Under the pieces are notes generated by a model. It had not been told where the DNA came from. It did no database searches and saw only the letters and a program-made list of their open reading frames with translations. A stretch of 64,000 bases of DNA from Thecamonas trahens ATCC 50062 (lineage: Eukaryota > Protista > Apusomonadida), in assembly GCF_000142905.1 (NCBI RefSeq), contig NW_013657643.1:266054-330053 (forward strand), given 5' to 3'. Positions 20,964-32,549 of this stretch are shown piece after piece. The number at the start of each line of letters is the position of its first letter. Position 1 is the stretch's first letter. Both the position numbers and the translations under genes were made by a program.

Positions 20964-23900
20964 ATGTTGCTCCCTTCTATGAACCATCTCCTTTGCATCT
21001 ATGTGGTCCTTTTCCTCGCCTTTGGTGACACTGCGTCGGCTGCCCTTCCCCACCAGTTTGTCCGCGTGGTGGCCAATTTCCGCTGGCCAGCCACATGCGC
21101 CCAGATTGACTATCCACTTGACAGCACCAATTGGGCAAATGCACCAGCTGCTGCTCAAGGTTTGACCTCGAGCTTTGCTCAGGCATCTGGAACTCGCACT
21201 AATATTCTCGGCTGTTCTAACTTTGGCTTCTCTCTTCGGGGTACAATGGTCGGCATTGAGGCATCCTTTGAGTATGTGGGTCGGCGAGGCGCCCAACTGG
21301 ACGCAGGCTACACCGCATCTCCGTATGAGGCGTATGCGCTCCAGTTCAATCGGGGCATCACCATCATCGGCGATCCACTGCCGTCTACAACACAGCTCTC
21401 TAACGGATGGCCAAACAACTGGCAGTCCTTTACATACGGATCGCCGTCCGATACCGTCGGCGTCTCACTCTCCAACAACGACATGCAGGCCAACAACTTT
21501 GGCTTCTACATCATCGTCTCGGACTCGAATGGGGGTCAGGCTATGAACATTCGTATCCGTAGAATGTCCATCACCATCCACATGCAAGAAACTATCGATT
21601 TCAACGCCATCGGCCCAGCATCTGGCTCTGCTGGATCCACCATCACTATCACGGGTGCCGGGTACGACCAGCTTGACATGAGCCAGGTCTATTGTGTCCT
21701 CATCGAGGACAGCATCAACGTTCCTGCAACCCGAAACTCGGACACCTCCATCTCCTGTACCATGCCGCCGCGCTCGCCGTTCATCAGCCCCACGGTATCG
21801 CTCGGCATTCTCCCGCAATCAGGTGAGGCGATTATTGCCACAGGTGCCACCTTCACCTACCCGGCCATCACCCCCAGCACCATCACTGCCATAGGCCCGA
21901 GCCAGCGGTTCTCGCGCTCAACCAACGCCGACTCGCAGACCATCACGCTCACCGGAAGCTTCACCTCAGGCTCACAGGTCTTTGTCGCCCTCACCCCGTC
22001 CACCTCCTCGTGTGATGCGCGATTTGTCTCGTACAACATCGCCGGCGCCAAGGAGTTTGTAATGCGACTCGACGACCCGGCCATTCCCATGTACGGGGAC
22101 TTTGCGCTTTGCCTCTCGGTGAGCGGTGATGTCGACGGCATGTACATGAAGCAGTTCCTACCGGCGACGCGGATCCACATGGCGACGGCCGAGGCCAACT
22201 CGGTTGTCTTGATGTGGCCGAGAGTGATTGGGCAGACCGACTCGCCGATGCTGCAGCTGCAGTTTGTGGGCAACCGCGACTACGGCCTGCCGTCCACCGA
22301 GCTGGGGCTTGGTACAACCGGCTGTCCATTGGGATCCATCACCAACAAGGTGGGGTATCCGAGCAAGAGCGGATCTGTGCAGCTGCCTGTGGGCCCGGGC
22401 GGTGACCGGCTCGACCTGCGACTGTGCCTCAAGACGTACGGCGACCAGTGGGTTGAGCAGACAAACGTGGGGGTGGTGTCTGTGGTGGCTGGCGGGATCA
22501 GCGGCGTGAGCCCGAGCGTGTGGGGCGGAGGCTCGAACCCGGCGATCACATTTGCGGACGCCAAGGCGACGGACATCGGGACGGTGCACGGGTTTGTGGC
22601 TAGTGCAGCGGCATGCACGCCGGGCAACATTCTAGCGAGTGCGCCGCTCGGTGGCCCACTGACGAGCGCTCTGGAGCCGGTGACGAGCGGTGACGTGATG
22701 TACAAGGTGTGCCAGTCGCAGAACAACGGTGGATCATGGCTCGACACCTCGCAGATGGTGACCGTCACGTCACGCGTGGCCGGCACGCTCACGAGCGTCT
22801 CGCCCAACTACTTGGTGTCGGACGCAACGACGAGCGTGACGTTTGTGGGCGTGACGTCAACGCGGACGACGTACGTGCGAATCTCGACGCAGGCGGCAAG
22901 CTGCAGCGACGCCAACAAGGTGGTTGATGTTGCGGTGACGTCGTCGAACACGGCGAGCCTGCGACTGCGCAACACGCTGGTATCTGCGCGGGAGCTGTAT
23001 GTGTGCCTGTCGACGTCGGGGCCGAGTGGGCCGTTTGTGCACCAGGGCACGTCGGCGTCGGTGGTGATCAACGTCATGTCCGTGACCAACTCGGTGCTGG
23101 TGAGTGGGGTAGGGCCGGCGGCGATCGGCAACGGAGTGCCGACGGCAGTGTCATACACGGGGCCGGGCTCTGCGGGGCAGTTCAGCGGAGCGCGGCTTGC
23201 GCTCGCTGTGCCTGGCGGATGCAACTCTGGAGCGCTGCGGTACTTTGAAGAGGTGTACTCGGCCGGATCGGCTATGGTGACGGCGACGGTACCATCGTGG
23301 GCCGGGACGAGCTTTGTGGATCTGGCCCTGTGTTTCCAGTGGCAGGCCGGAACGCCGTTCATCGAGCAGAGTGCGCGGGTGAGGGTGGCGATGGCGTCTG
23401 CACTTGCGGTGACCGAGGTGGTGCCGTCTGCGGTGCTCGAGGGCAACGCAGTGTCGCTTCAGCTCGTGGGTGCCATCGGGACACCGTCGACGCAGATTGC
23501 GCTTGCTCCGGTCGGTGACTGTGGCGCTGGCAACGTCCTCGTGACGTCGTTTGGTGAGGGTGATACTGGGAGCTCCAAGGTGCTTTCGGGTGGATCGATG
23601 CCCGCACTGGGAACCAACACCGCTGTTGTGTGCTACTCTGTGGACGGCGGTGGGTTGTGGACCGAGCAGACGCTCGGGCGACTGTCTGTGACGACGGACG
23701 CCAACGCCGGAACGGTTGCAAGCGTGTCGCCTGTTGCGATCGGGGCCGGGCAGACGGAGACGCTCACGGTGGTTGGAGCACCGGGCGGCACAGGCCGGCT
23801 TGCGCTTGCGAGTCCGGGCAGCTGCCAGAGCGGGCCGCGGTATGGCGGAGTGATGGCGTACTCCGGGTCCACGCCGCCGCCGCCGCCATCTCCGACACCG

Positions 23901-26900
23901 GTGTCGCTTGGGGCAGGAGTACCTGTTGGTGGGCGGTTTGTGGTGTGCTACTCAAACACGGCTGGGTATGCCGATGCCACCTGGTCAGAGCAGGTTGCTC
24001 CGCTGGCGTCGATTGTGGTGGTCCAGGCAACGTCGACGAGCATTGCGAGCGTGGGCGTGTCGACGTTTGGAGTGGGTGCGACGCCGAGCCTCGAGCTGAC
24101 GATGGGCGGGAGCGCGCCCGGGATCGAGTGCGGGTCTTGCTACCTCGGGTTTGTGGCGAGTGGCAGCGGGTGCAGCAGTGGGCCGATTGTGGGGCTCACG
24201 GCACTGGCGATCGGGACGGGAGCGAATCCGGTGCTCGGGACGGCGATTTTGAGCAGCGGAACATACGACGTGTGCTTCTCGTCGGGTGGCAGCGGAGCAT
24301 CGACGATGGTGAAGCAGACGACGGCCGGCAGCGTGGTGGTGATCGAGGCGACGACGACGACGGTGACGAGTGTGTCGCCGCGCGTGATCGGTGTGGGGTC
24401 GGGCCATCGTTTGTGCTGGCTGGGGCGGTGGGCTCGTCGTCGACGTACGTCGGGTTCTCGCTCGATGGCAGCTGCTCTGGGCCGGTGTCTGTGACGCAGG
24501 TTGTGGCCGGTGGCGAAGGCGGGTGGGTCGCGAGCGCGCCCGGGACAAGCGGCAACTACAGCGTGTGCTACTCGGTGTCGGGATCGGGCGGGCCGTTCCT
24601 CAAGCAGGAGCTTGTGTACGTGGAGGTGATTGCGGCGAGCTCGTCGTCGGTGACCTCGATGTGGCCACGCGTGATCGGATCCGGAGCGGCAAACACGTTT
24701 TACGTGAGCGGGGCGGTGGCGTCGCCAATGACGGCTGTGGCGTTTGTGCCGAGCGGAGCAGACTGCAACAACGACGGGCTCCGGAGTGGAGTGATGCGAC
24801 TGACGTCGACGACGATGGGGGTCTCGCCGACGTTCCCGATCGAGGACGGCGGGAGCGTGAACCAGGTGTGGGACACATGCTACACGGTGACGTACGGTGA
24901 TGCGGGCGAGAACTGGGTGAAGCAGAGCCCGAGCGGAGTCGTGGACGTGACGGTTGTTGTTGCGGTGGCAGACGCGGTGGCAAGTGTGGCGCCGTCTGTG
25001 GTCGCTGTTGGACGGGCCGAGCCTGTGGTGTTCAGTGGACTGGAAGGAAGCGTGAACGTGCGGGTCGGGTTCGGGATCGGCGGGTGCGCAGGCACGGTTG
25101 TGGGCGTGACCAACGTGGTGACGACGGGCGCAGCGACGATGCTTGGAAGCGCGCTCCCGACTGCCGGCCTGTATCGTGTGTGCGTGTCTGTGGACAACGG
25201 CGGGCGGTACGTGGCGCAGACGTCGACGGTGACAATGGAAGCGGTGCGTGCGAGCAGCGGGCTGATCTCTGCGATCTCGCCGAATGTGGTGGGGACAGGC
25301 TCGATGCCTGCGTTTGTCGTGAGCGGGACGTTCAAGCAGACGAGCTTCAGTCGGATCGGGTTCTCACTGTCGAGTGACTGCAGCGGCACAGTGGCCGGCC
25401 AGCTCGACGTGTCGTTGGGAACGAGCACGCCGTACACATGGGCGAGCGGGCTCGTCGTGAGCGAAGCGCAGACGTTCACGGTGTGTTTTACGGCCGACGG
25501 AACGAACTGGGTGGCGCAGAGCGAGCCGGTGCTCAACGTGGCGGTGGCACGGGCCAACTCGATCACGTCGTTCTTGCCAGCGGTGCTCGGGGCCGGGGCA
25601 GGCGGTGCAAACGTGGTGGCTGACGTGGTCGGGCCGCTTGGGTCTGCGACTGCGTTCATCGGGTTTGACAGCGTGGGCTCCGGATGCACGGCGCCGGTTG
25701 CGGTGAGCGCGTACAACGTGAGCGGTGAGCTCGATCTCGGGTCGTCGGGCGGGCTGAGTGCCGGGACGTACGCGCTGTGCTACACGGTAGAGTCGCCGTC
25801 GACCGGGTTTGTGGAACAGACGAGCGCCGGCAGCGTGCGCGTGGTCGAGGCGCAGGCGGCCGATGTGGCCGAGGTCCTGCCGTCGTACATGGTGACGAGC
25901 GTGGCCGAGGCGGCGATTGGTGTGCGGCTCGGTGTGGCCAAGGATGATGTGCCTGTGGCGACGGCGATGATCGGGTTTGATCCGACGGCGAACGGGTGCA
26001 GCGTGGCGGGTGTGCTCGAGGGCGTGACGGCGCTGCAGAGTCTGACAGAGGCGCCAGCGAGCATCGCGGCGTACCAGGGCGGGTGGCTGTTTGGCACGCG
26101 GGCGGGGAGCACCGTGACGACGACGGGCAACGGGACGGTGTGCTACTCGGTGGACTCTGGAGAGACCTACGTGGCGACAGAGCTTAGAGTGGCGCTTGGC
26201 GATGTGGCGCCTGCCTACGGGCTTGGTGCCGTTGTGCAGCCTGGAGTGCAGACGGGAGTGGCGTCACGGGTGATTTTGCGCGGGCTGGCGGCGACGTCTG
26301 GGCCGACGACCAAGGTGGCGTTTGTTGCCAGTGGATCGGCGTGCAGCGATGGCGGGGCACGGGTGTCCGAGGTGGCGATGACGGGCCATGTGCTATCGAC
26401 GGTGGAGCCGTTGCTGCCTGCGGATGGGAGGTACAGCGTGTGTGTGAAGGAGGCCGGCGGCGGGAGCAGCTGGACGAAGCAGGACGTTCCAGTGGATGCC
26501 ATCGACTGCACGACCAAGACGTCGTGCGGCGAGTGCCGGGCGACGCCGCTGTGCGGATGGTGCGTGGGCAAGTCGCAGTGCGTGCTCAACTCTGTGCTGC
26601 CAGACACGTGCGCTGTGAGCAGCGCCGTGTGCACGCCGTTCCTCGGAACGAGCTGTGCGCTGGAGAACTGCCCGCGTGTGACAGGGATCTCGCCGGCGAT
26701 TGCAGTGTCTGATGGCGGGACGCAGATCCGGGTCTCGACAGAGCTTGCGGCAAACGTGGCAGACCTGGAGTGCCGGTTTGTGTACGACGGGACGATTGTG
26801 GAGTCGTTCAGCGCAGCGTCTGTCGAGTCGAGCACAAGCGTGCTGTGCAGGGCGGCCGAGTCGCAGCTGGGCATTCTTGGAGCAAGTGTGTCGTTGACGC

Positions 26901-29119
26901 AGAGCGTGGGGAGCGCCAAGCGTGTGGCGTATGGAGCGAGCGGCGGAGCGTCACTGTCGTACTACGAGTGCGGGGCAGTGAGCGGATGCGGCAACTGCTA
27001 CGACGCGGCAGCCCGGCCGGAGTGTGGATTCTGTCTTCTGGAGGGTGGATGCATGTCGCGGCAGGCATGCCTGGATGCGCTTGGATACAACGCCAGCTCG
27101 TCTGTGGGGCTGAGCGTGGACGCGGTGTGGGTGCATCCCACGAGTGAGTGGCCCGATTGCCCTGTTGTGAGCTCTGTGGCGCCCGCGGTCGGGCCGACGA
27201 CGGGCGGGGTGGAGCTGACGCTGACGGGGACGCTGTTTGTGGACGCAAACGGACGTCTTACAGGCGCGGGCACACGGTCGAGTGGCGATGTTGGACTCGA
27301 GTACCAGTACCAGTGCGTGACGAACGACGTGGACAAGGCAACGAACGGAAGCGTGGTGTCGTCGACAGAAATGGTGTGCGAGCTGCCCGAGTCTGTGAGC
27401 GATGGCGATGCGGCATTGCGGGTGATGCTGAATGGGGCGGAGATTGCTGTGGCGTCGACGTCGTTTGGGTACGTGCCGCCACCGGCGCCGATTCCGCCAC
27501 CGCCGTCCAAGACGACGCAGACGGTGCTGCTGTCACTGGGCGCGTTCCTGTTTGTGGCGATTGTGGCGGTGGCGATCATTGCGGGCTTGTTGCTGAAGCG
27601 GAAGCGCGACATGGAGAAGCTGACGCGGCCACCGGAGATGTCGCCGAGCGAGATCCAGAGCGTGGTGTTTGGGTCTGTGCTCCCGCTGGGCATGGACGGC
27701 AAGTCGCTGCTGCCGCTGCTCTCGCGGTTTGTGCACGAGATTGTGTTTGACTACGAGATGATTGCGCTCCTGGCCGAGGTGACGCCATCGACCGAAGTGG
27801 ACCGGGTGGCCAAGGCGGCGATCATTGTGTACGAGCACGCCGGGCTGGCACTCGATTTGCTGCTGTACCAGGTCTCCCGCGAGGTGACGACGACGCTGAC
27901 GCTGCAGACGCTGTTCCGGACCAACTCGATGGCGACCAAGATGTTCAAGCTATACTCGAAGCTCAAGGGGTTCGAGTATGTGCGGAGCACCCTGGGGCGG
28001 CCGATCAACAAGCTGATGCTCGAGGACGATGTGGACGTGGACGGCCTGAGGGCGGGCAAGGGCGGCGGAGCGCAGTTCCAGCTGCTCAAGCTGACGCAGA
28101 CGCTGTTCAACGCGGTGCGCGGGTCGATTCCTGCTGTACCGACCGAGTTCCGGTACCTGTTCCGTGCAGTGCAGGGCGCGATCCAGGAGCGGTTCCCTGT
28201 GCGGGCGGATGAGCTTGCACCGCTGATGGCGGAGGCGCTGCGCGAGGGGCTGGAGGAGACGTCGACGCTATACGCACACGGGGCGGAGGCATTTGTGCAG
28301 ATTGCCGGTGTGTCGGACCAGGTGACAAACAACACGGCCGAGCTGGCGCAGGTGATTGCGCCGATGGCGGAGAACCTGGCCGAGTACGAGGAGAGCGTGG
28401 AGGAGCTTGCGACGCGGCTGCAGCAGATGTCTGAGCTTGTGGAGAAGCTGTCGGGAGCGACGGATCCGGAGTCGCCGGCAGCACGACGGCTGCTGCTGGA
28501 CCTGCAGGCGTCGCACAACTCTGTGGGAGTTGGCGGGTTCTTCTTCCTGCGGTTCCTTGTGCCTGCAATCACGGCGCCCGAGGCATACGGACTGGTGCAC
28601 GATCCGCCGGATGTGGGCCAGCGCAAGCTTCTTGTGCTCCTGGGCAAGGCGATCCAGAACCTGTCGAACCAGAAGGAGTTTGGCGGGAAGGAGAAGCACA
28701 TGGTGCAGATGAACTCGTTCATCACGTCGAACGCAGAGACGATTGCCAAGCTCCTGGACGATCTGGCGCATGTGCCGATCAACGCGCCGGGACGCGACGA
28801 GCTGGAGGCGTCTGTTGTGCCGACGAAGCACCTGGAGGGAGCACTTGTGTTCCTGTACAAGCACGCAGTGTCGATGCGAGGCAAGATGCTGGCCAAGCTG
28901 CAGGAGATCCAGATCGGGTCTGTGGAGCTGTCGGCCGAGGCTGTGGTGCAGCGTGAGCGTGCGGCCGAGTTGCTCGGTGTGGTGCTCGACGAGATCGAGG
29001 CGGCCAAGTCATCGGGCGCGTCAGGCTCACGGCTGGACTACAACCGGCTTCGCGGGCTGCCGTTCATTACGAGCATGGGCAAGGTTGGTGACAGTCTTGC
29101 TGGCAACCCGCAAGGGTGA
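20964..29119 (+). CDS. Giant single-pass receptor-RasGAP A (signal peptide, Ig/IPT-like repeats, PSI-IPT-PSI-IPT, TM, RasGAP); 1-nt frameshift at ~24400
   Basis: Signal peptide MLLPSMNHLLCIYVVLFLAFGDTASA; PSI CTTKTSCGECRATPLCGWC; TM ~27524-27595 followed by KRKR; Arg finger TLFRTNSMATK; GGFFFLRFLVPAITAPE; KAIQNLSNQKEFGGKEKHM. Joins ORFs 20925-24494 and 23630-29119. Confidence 0.9.
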
Positions 29120-29806
29120 GCTTGAGGTGGACGCGCTTTTACAACATAATCGTGGATGCCAAGATTGGTAAATGCTGACAAAGCTGAACGCCGTGGACTG
29201 GGGTGTCGTGCGTGAGGGTGGGGGGGCGATCTTAGTTGTTTTACTTCGGAGCAACACTTCATGTGCTACGTACCGAAGTGATTGGATCCAACCAGAGCAC
29301 TATGATCAAGCAGACCACCTCCAACCATTGTCCGACTCTTGTTCATCTTACCATTTCTACGTCTGCTTCTCTTCCATCGCTTTGCTTTCTTACCCTTTGC
29401 AAAAGCGCCACCGCAGTCGTGAACAAGCTCCGATCCAACTTGCTTGGGTGTTGGCGGGATTATTGATTGTAAAATTTTCCTCCCTCCCCCCCCCCCCCTT
29501 TCGCCCAGCCACTCGGAAAGGAACGGGTGGCGACGTGTGGTGGCGGCGGACAGTGAATGAGGACGAGTGGCGAGGCTGAGAGGCGTTATTTTCTAGCGCG
29601 AGGCTACTTGTTGTGGCAAAGAGCCACAATTGCCGAAGCAAGAGTGATCAACGTCGAGAGACCGACTGAGCGATCAAGAGCGCGAGCGAGCGAGCTGGAC
29701 CAGGATAAGGAAGGCAAGTAGATAGCGTGAGAGAGCAAGGGAAGAAAGGGGAAGGAGCAAGGGAGAGGAACATTGGAGTTGCTCATAAGGTACATAATTA
29801 ACAACT

Positions 29807-32536
29807 ATGTCTGACGCTGAGCTGTGGAGGCTTGTGGACTCGCGTGCTCCGCTCTCTGCCCTCCTGCGCCACCCGCTCTTCCTCACCAGGGTAAAGTCTG
29901 GCTCGCTTCTCATCCTCGCTCTGGTCACCACCTCGCACTCGCTCTCCACCCTTCTAGACATACTCTTTGGCCCCAATCTCGCGCATGCACATGCTACTAC
30001 TACTGGACAAGACTCTCTCTGCTCCGCTTCTTTGTCACATTCTACTACTTTGCATACGCCCGGTGCCAATGGCTCGTCTTGTGACGCGCTCCCTTCGCCC
30101 CAACACGTCGATTCTGCAGTCTTCCATGATGATGACCTTGATCACCATGACCATGATGCCGGCGGCAACAATGTCGCCAACATAGTCGAGGATGGCAACT
30201 CGAGCAGTGACAGCATGGCTGGCTTGTCCGACACAACCGACTCGGACGACACGACCAACGCGGCTACCGACAAGACCAACACAACCGACGCGACCGACAC
30301 GACCACCGACTCGGTTGACATGACCGACACGACCGACACGACCACCGACACGACCGACACAACCACAGAGTCGGACGATGCCACAGACGATGGACCGATC
30401 GCGGCAGACTACACCCCGATTCCCGACGGAGAGGATCATGATGGTGTCGGCATGGCGCTCATTCAGACGGCCCAAGGCCTGCGCGGGCCGCCAGTGCCAA
30501 AGGGGCAGGCCGAAGTTGGCCGGCTTGAGCAAGAGCAGGCGCTGCTGAGCCAGGAGGCTGGGGAGCAGTACGATGCCGAGTTGGCCGAACTGGCAATCGA
30601 GGTCTTCCGGTCGCAGGCGCGCCGTGTCGTCACTGCTATGACTCTCGACCATGTCCGCCGCGTGCTGGAGCGGGTGGCCACGGTGGCACCGGGAGTGTCC
30701 AGCACCGCAGCTGCCTGGCTGCTCGAGCCTGACACGCAGCTTGCCCACCTGGCTACCATCCTGGAGTTCTTGCTCACCCACTCGCCGCAGCCGGTCATGT
30801 CACAGCTCCCGCTGGTTCCAGGCGTTCTTGACGGCATCCTCGCCAACATCCACCGGACTGGCATGTTCAACCTCATGCACGCCCTCGTTGTCCACTCGGA
30901 GCCCGACGTGCTCTCGTGGCTCTTCTCGGCGGCTGTTGTCGAGAAGCTCATCGCCAGGCTCAGCCCAGATGCCGCGTCCGGACGTGCCCCGTTGGGCGCT
31001 GCCGCACTGCTTACCGCTGCTGATGACGCCACCGCCACCGCTGCTGCCGCCGCTGACCTTATCATCGCCATCCTCGAGTGGTACCCGCGTGCTGTACTCA
31101 AACAGGCAACCACTCCGCTCTTCCCACTTGTCCTTCCGCTCTTCATCGAGCAAAATCTGGTAGCCATCGTCACTACCCTCGCCGCACTCGCCTCGCCACC
31201 GACACAACATGCCTCGTTTGACATCCTCCCCACCGTTCGCGTCGTCCGCGCCATTCTCTACTTTGTCCACTCGCCGCAATGGCTTCCGTCACCCGGCACT
31301 TTGCAGCGACCAGCTACCAAGGCTCACGAGCTTCCCGATCCCCTGCCGCTGATGGCCACCATTTGTCTCGACACCCTGCCCATCGCCATTCCGCCGCTTG
31401 TGGCCCTCCTCGACGTCGCCCCGCCGGCATGGCCACTGCCCCATTCGCGACAGCGGCTCGGCTCGCTCCGTATGGCCGTCGCCGAGACGCTCACGCTCTT
31501 CACCACGTTTTCAGGCGACGTGCCCGACATCCTCACTACCCTTGTCCGCGAGAACGCTCTCCGCCGGATGACCGACCTGTTCTTTGCTTTTCCGTCGGCC
31601 AACACCTACAGCTCGGTCTACACCACGCTCGTCTCCACTTTGCTTGTTGCTGCCTACGTCCATCCCGAGCTGGTGGTCGAGCTCGCCGACTCGGTTGCTC
31701 TCCCGGTCCGCCTTGCCGAGCACACGTTGATGACGCTGCAGGCGCCCGGCCCGCGGCCCAGCAACATGGGCCACATCATCGCCCTCGGGAACGCTATCAA
31801 GGACAACGCCCTCCTCGCACCGCTCCTTGCCGACTCGCCGCCGTGGCTTGCCTTTTACAATGTTTTTCTCGTCCGCGCCAACCGGCGCGCCGACGGCCGC
31901 CTCTGCGAAACGCCGCTACTGGCCGTCTCGCCAGCCTCGCGCAAGGCCCGCAAGCAAGAAGCCAAGGATATGCGCCGCGCCATGCGCGAGTCGCTCGAGC
32001 TTGCCCAGCAGCGCAGTCTGGATCAGTCGTCGCCATCGTCGTCCAACGACGCCGTGGCCGAACAGCCGCCGCGCCTCCCCTCTTCCCGCCCGGTTCACCT
32101 CCCGCGGCTCGCCCTCGTTCCCGACGATGCAGCCCGCGAAGCGCAGGCCATCGTCGACGAGGCTGGCCCGCGCTTGCGCGGGCCGAGCCTTCTCCGTGGC
32201 GTCAGCGACGCCCACTCGTCAAACGGTCCAGGCACACCGCGCCCTACCGACTCGTCTCAGCTGCTCTCGTTTGCTGAGATGCTCTCGGCGCTCGAGACCC
32301 CTGCATCCGCGTCGGCCTCGGCCGCAGACGCTGCTGCAGACTCGAAGGATGGCAACGACGGCGCCGTCTGTGAGCCGGCCGGCCGGCTCAGCAGCGCTCA
32401 CGAGCCGACGCCGGCACCGGACTCGTCTACCGGCCTCGACTCGGTGCTCGGTATGATGACCGTTGCCACCGTGCTTCTCGCCGGCGTGGCGACCGCCGTG
32501 TGGTGGGCGCGCGCAAGTCGGCCGTTTATCAACTAA
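29807..32536 (+). CDS. SAPS/PP6 regulatory subunit-like protein with C-terminal hydrophobic anchor
   Basis: RLGSLRMAVAE, DLFFAFPSANTY, PRPSNMGHIIALGNAI resemble SAPS motifs (LG..R, LFF.Y..NNFLH, GYMGHLT.IA). Thr/Asp-rich insert at 30230-30375. Confidence 0.7.
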   Translation: MSDAELWRLVDSRAPLSALLRHPLFLTRVKSGSLLILALVTTSHSLSTLLDILFGPNLAHAHATTTGQDSLCSASLSHSTTLHTPGANGSSCDALPSPQHVDSAVFHDDDLDHHDHDAGGNNVANIVEDGNSSSDSMAGLSDTTDSDDTTNAATDKTNTTDATDTTTDSVDMTDTTDTTTDTTDTTTESDDATDDGPIAADYTPIPDGEDHDGVGMALIQTAQGLRGPPVPKGQAEVGRLEQEQALLSQEAGEQYDAELAELAIEVFRSQARRVVTAMTLDHVRRVLERVATVAPGVSSTAAAWLLEPDTQLAHLATILEFLLTHSPQPVMSQLPLVPGVLDGILANIHRTGMFNLMHALVVHSEPDVLSWLFSAAVVEKLIARLSPDAASGRAPLGAAALLTAADDATATAAAAADLIIAILEWYPRAVLKQATTPLFPLVLPLFIEQNLVAIVTTLAALASPPTQHASFDILPTVRVVRAILYFVHSPQWLPSPGTLQRPATKAHELPDPLPLMATICLDTLPIAIPPLVALLDVAPPAWPLPHSRQRLGSLRMAVAETLTLFTTFSGDVPDILTTLVRENALRRMTDLFFAFPSANTYSSVYTTLVSTLLVAAYVHPELVVELADSVALPVRLAEHTLMTLQAPGPRPSNMGHIIALGNAIKDNALLAPLLADSPPWLAFYNVFLVRANRRADGRLCETPLLAVSPASRKARKQEAKDMRRAMRESLELAQQRSLDQSSPSSSNDAVAEQPPRLPSSRPVHLPRLALVPDDAAREAQAIVDEAGPRLRGPSLLRGVSDAHSSNGPGTPRPTDSSQLLSFAEMLSALETPASASASAADAAADSKDGNDGAVCEPAGRLSSAHEPTPAPDSSTGLDSVLGMMTVATVLLAGVATAVWWARASRPFIN

Positions 32537-32549
32537 ATGACGTCTATCG

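Noticed and set aside
23630-24400. N-terminal part of the 1829-aa ORF as real protein
   Set aside because: Arg-rich off-frame translation overlapping the true repeat-encoding frame; real coding enters this frame only after ~24400.
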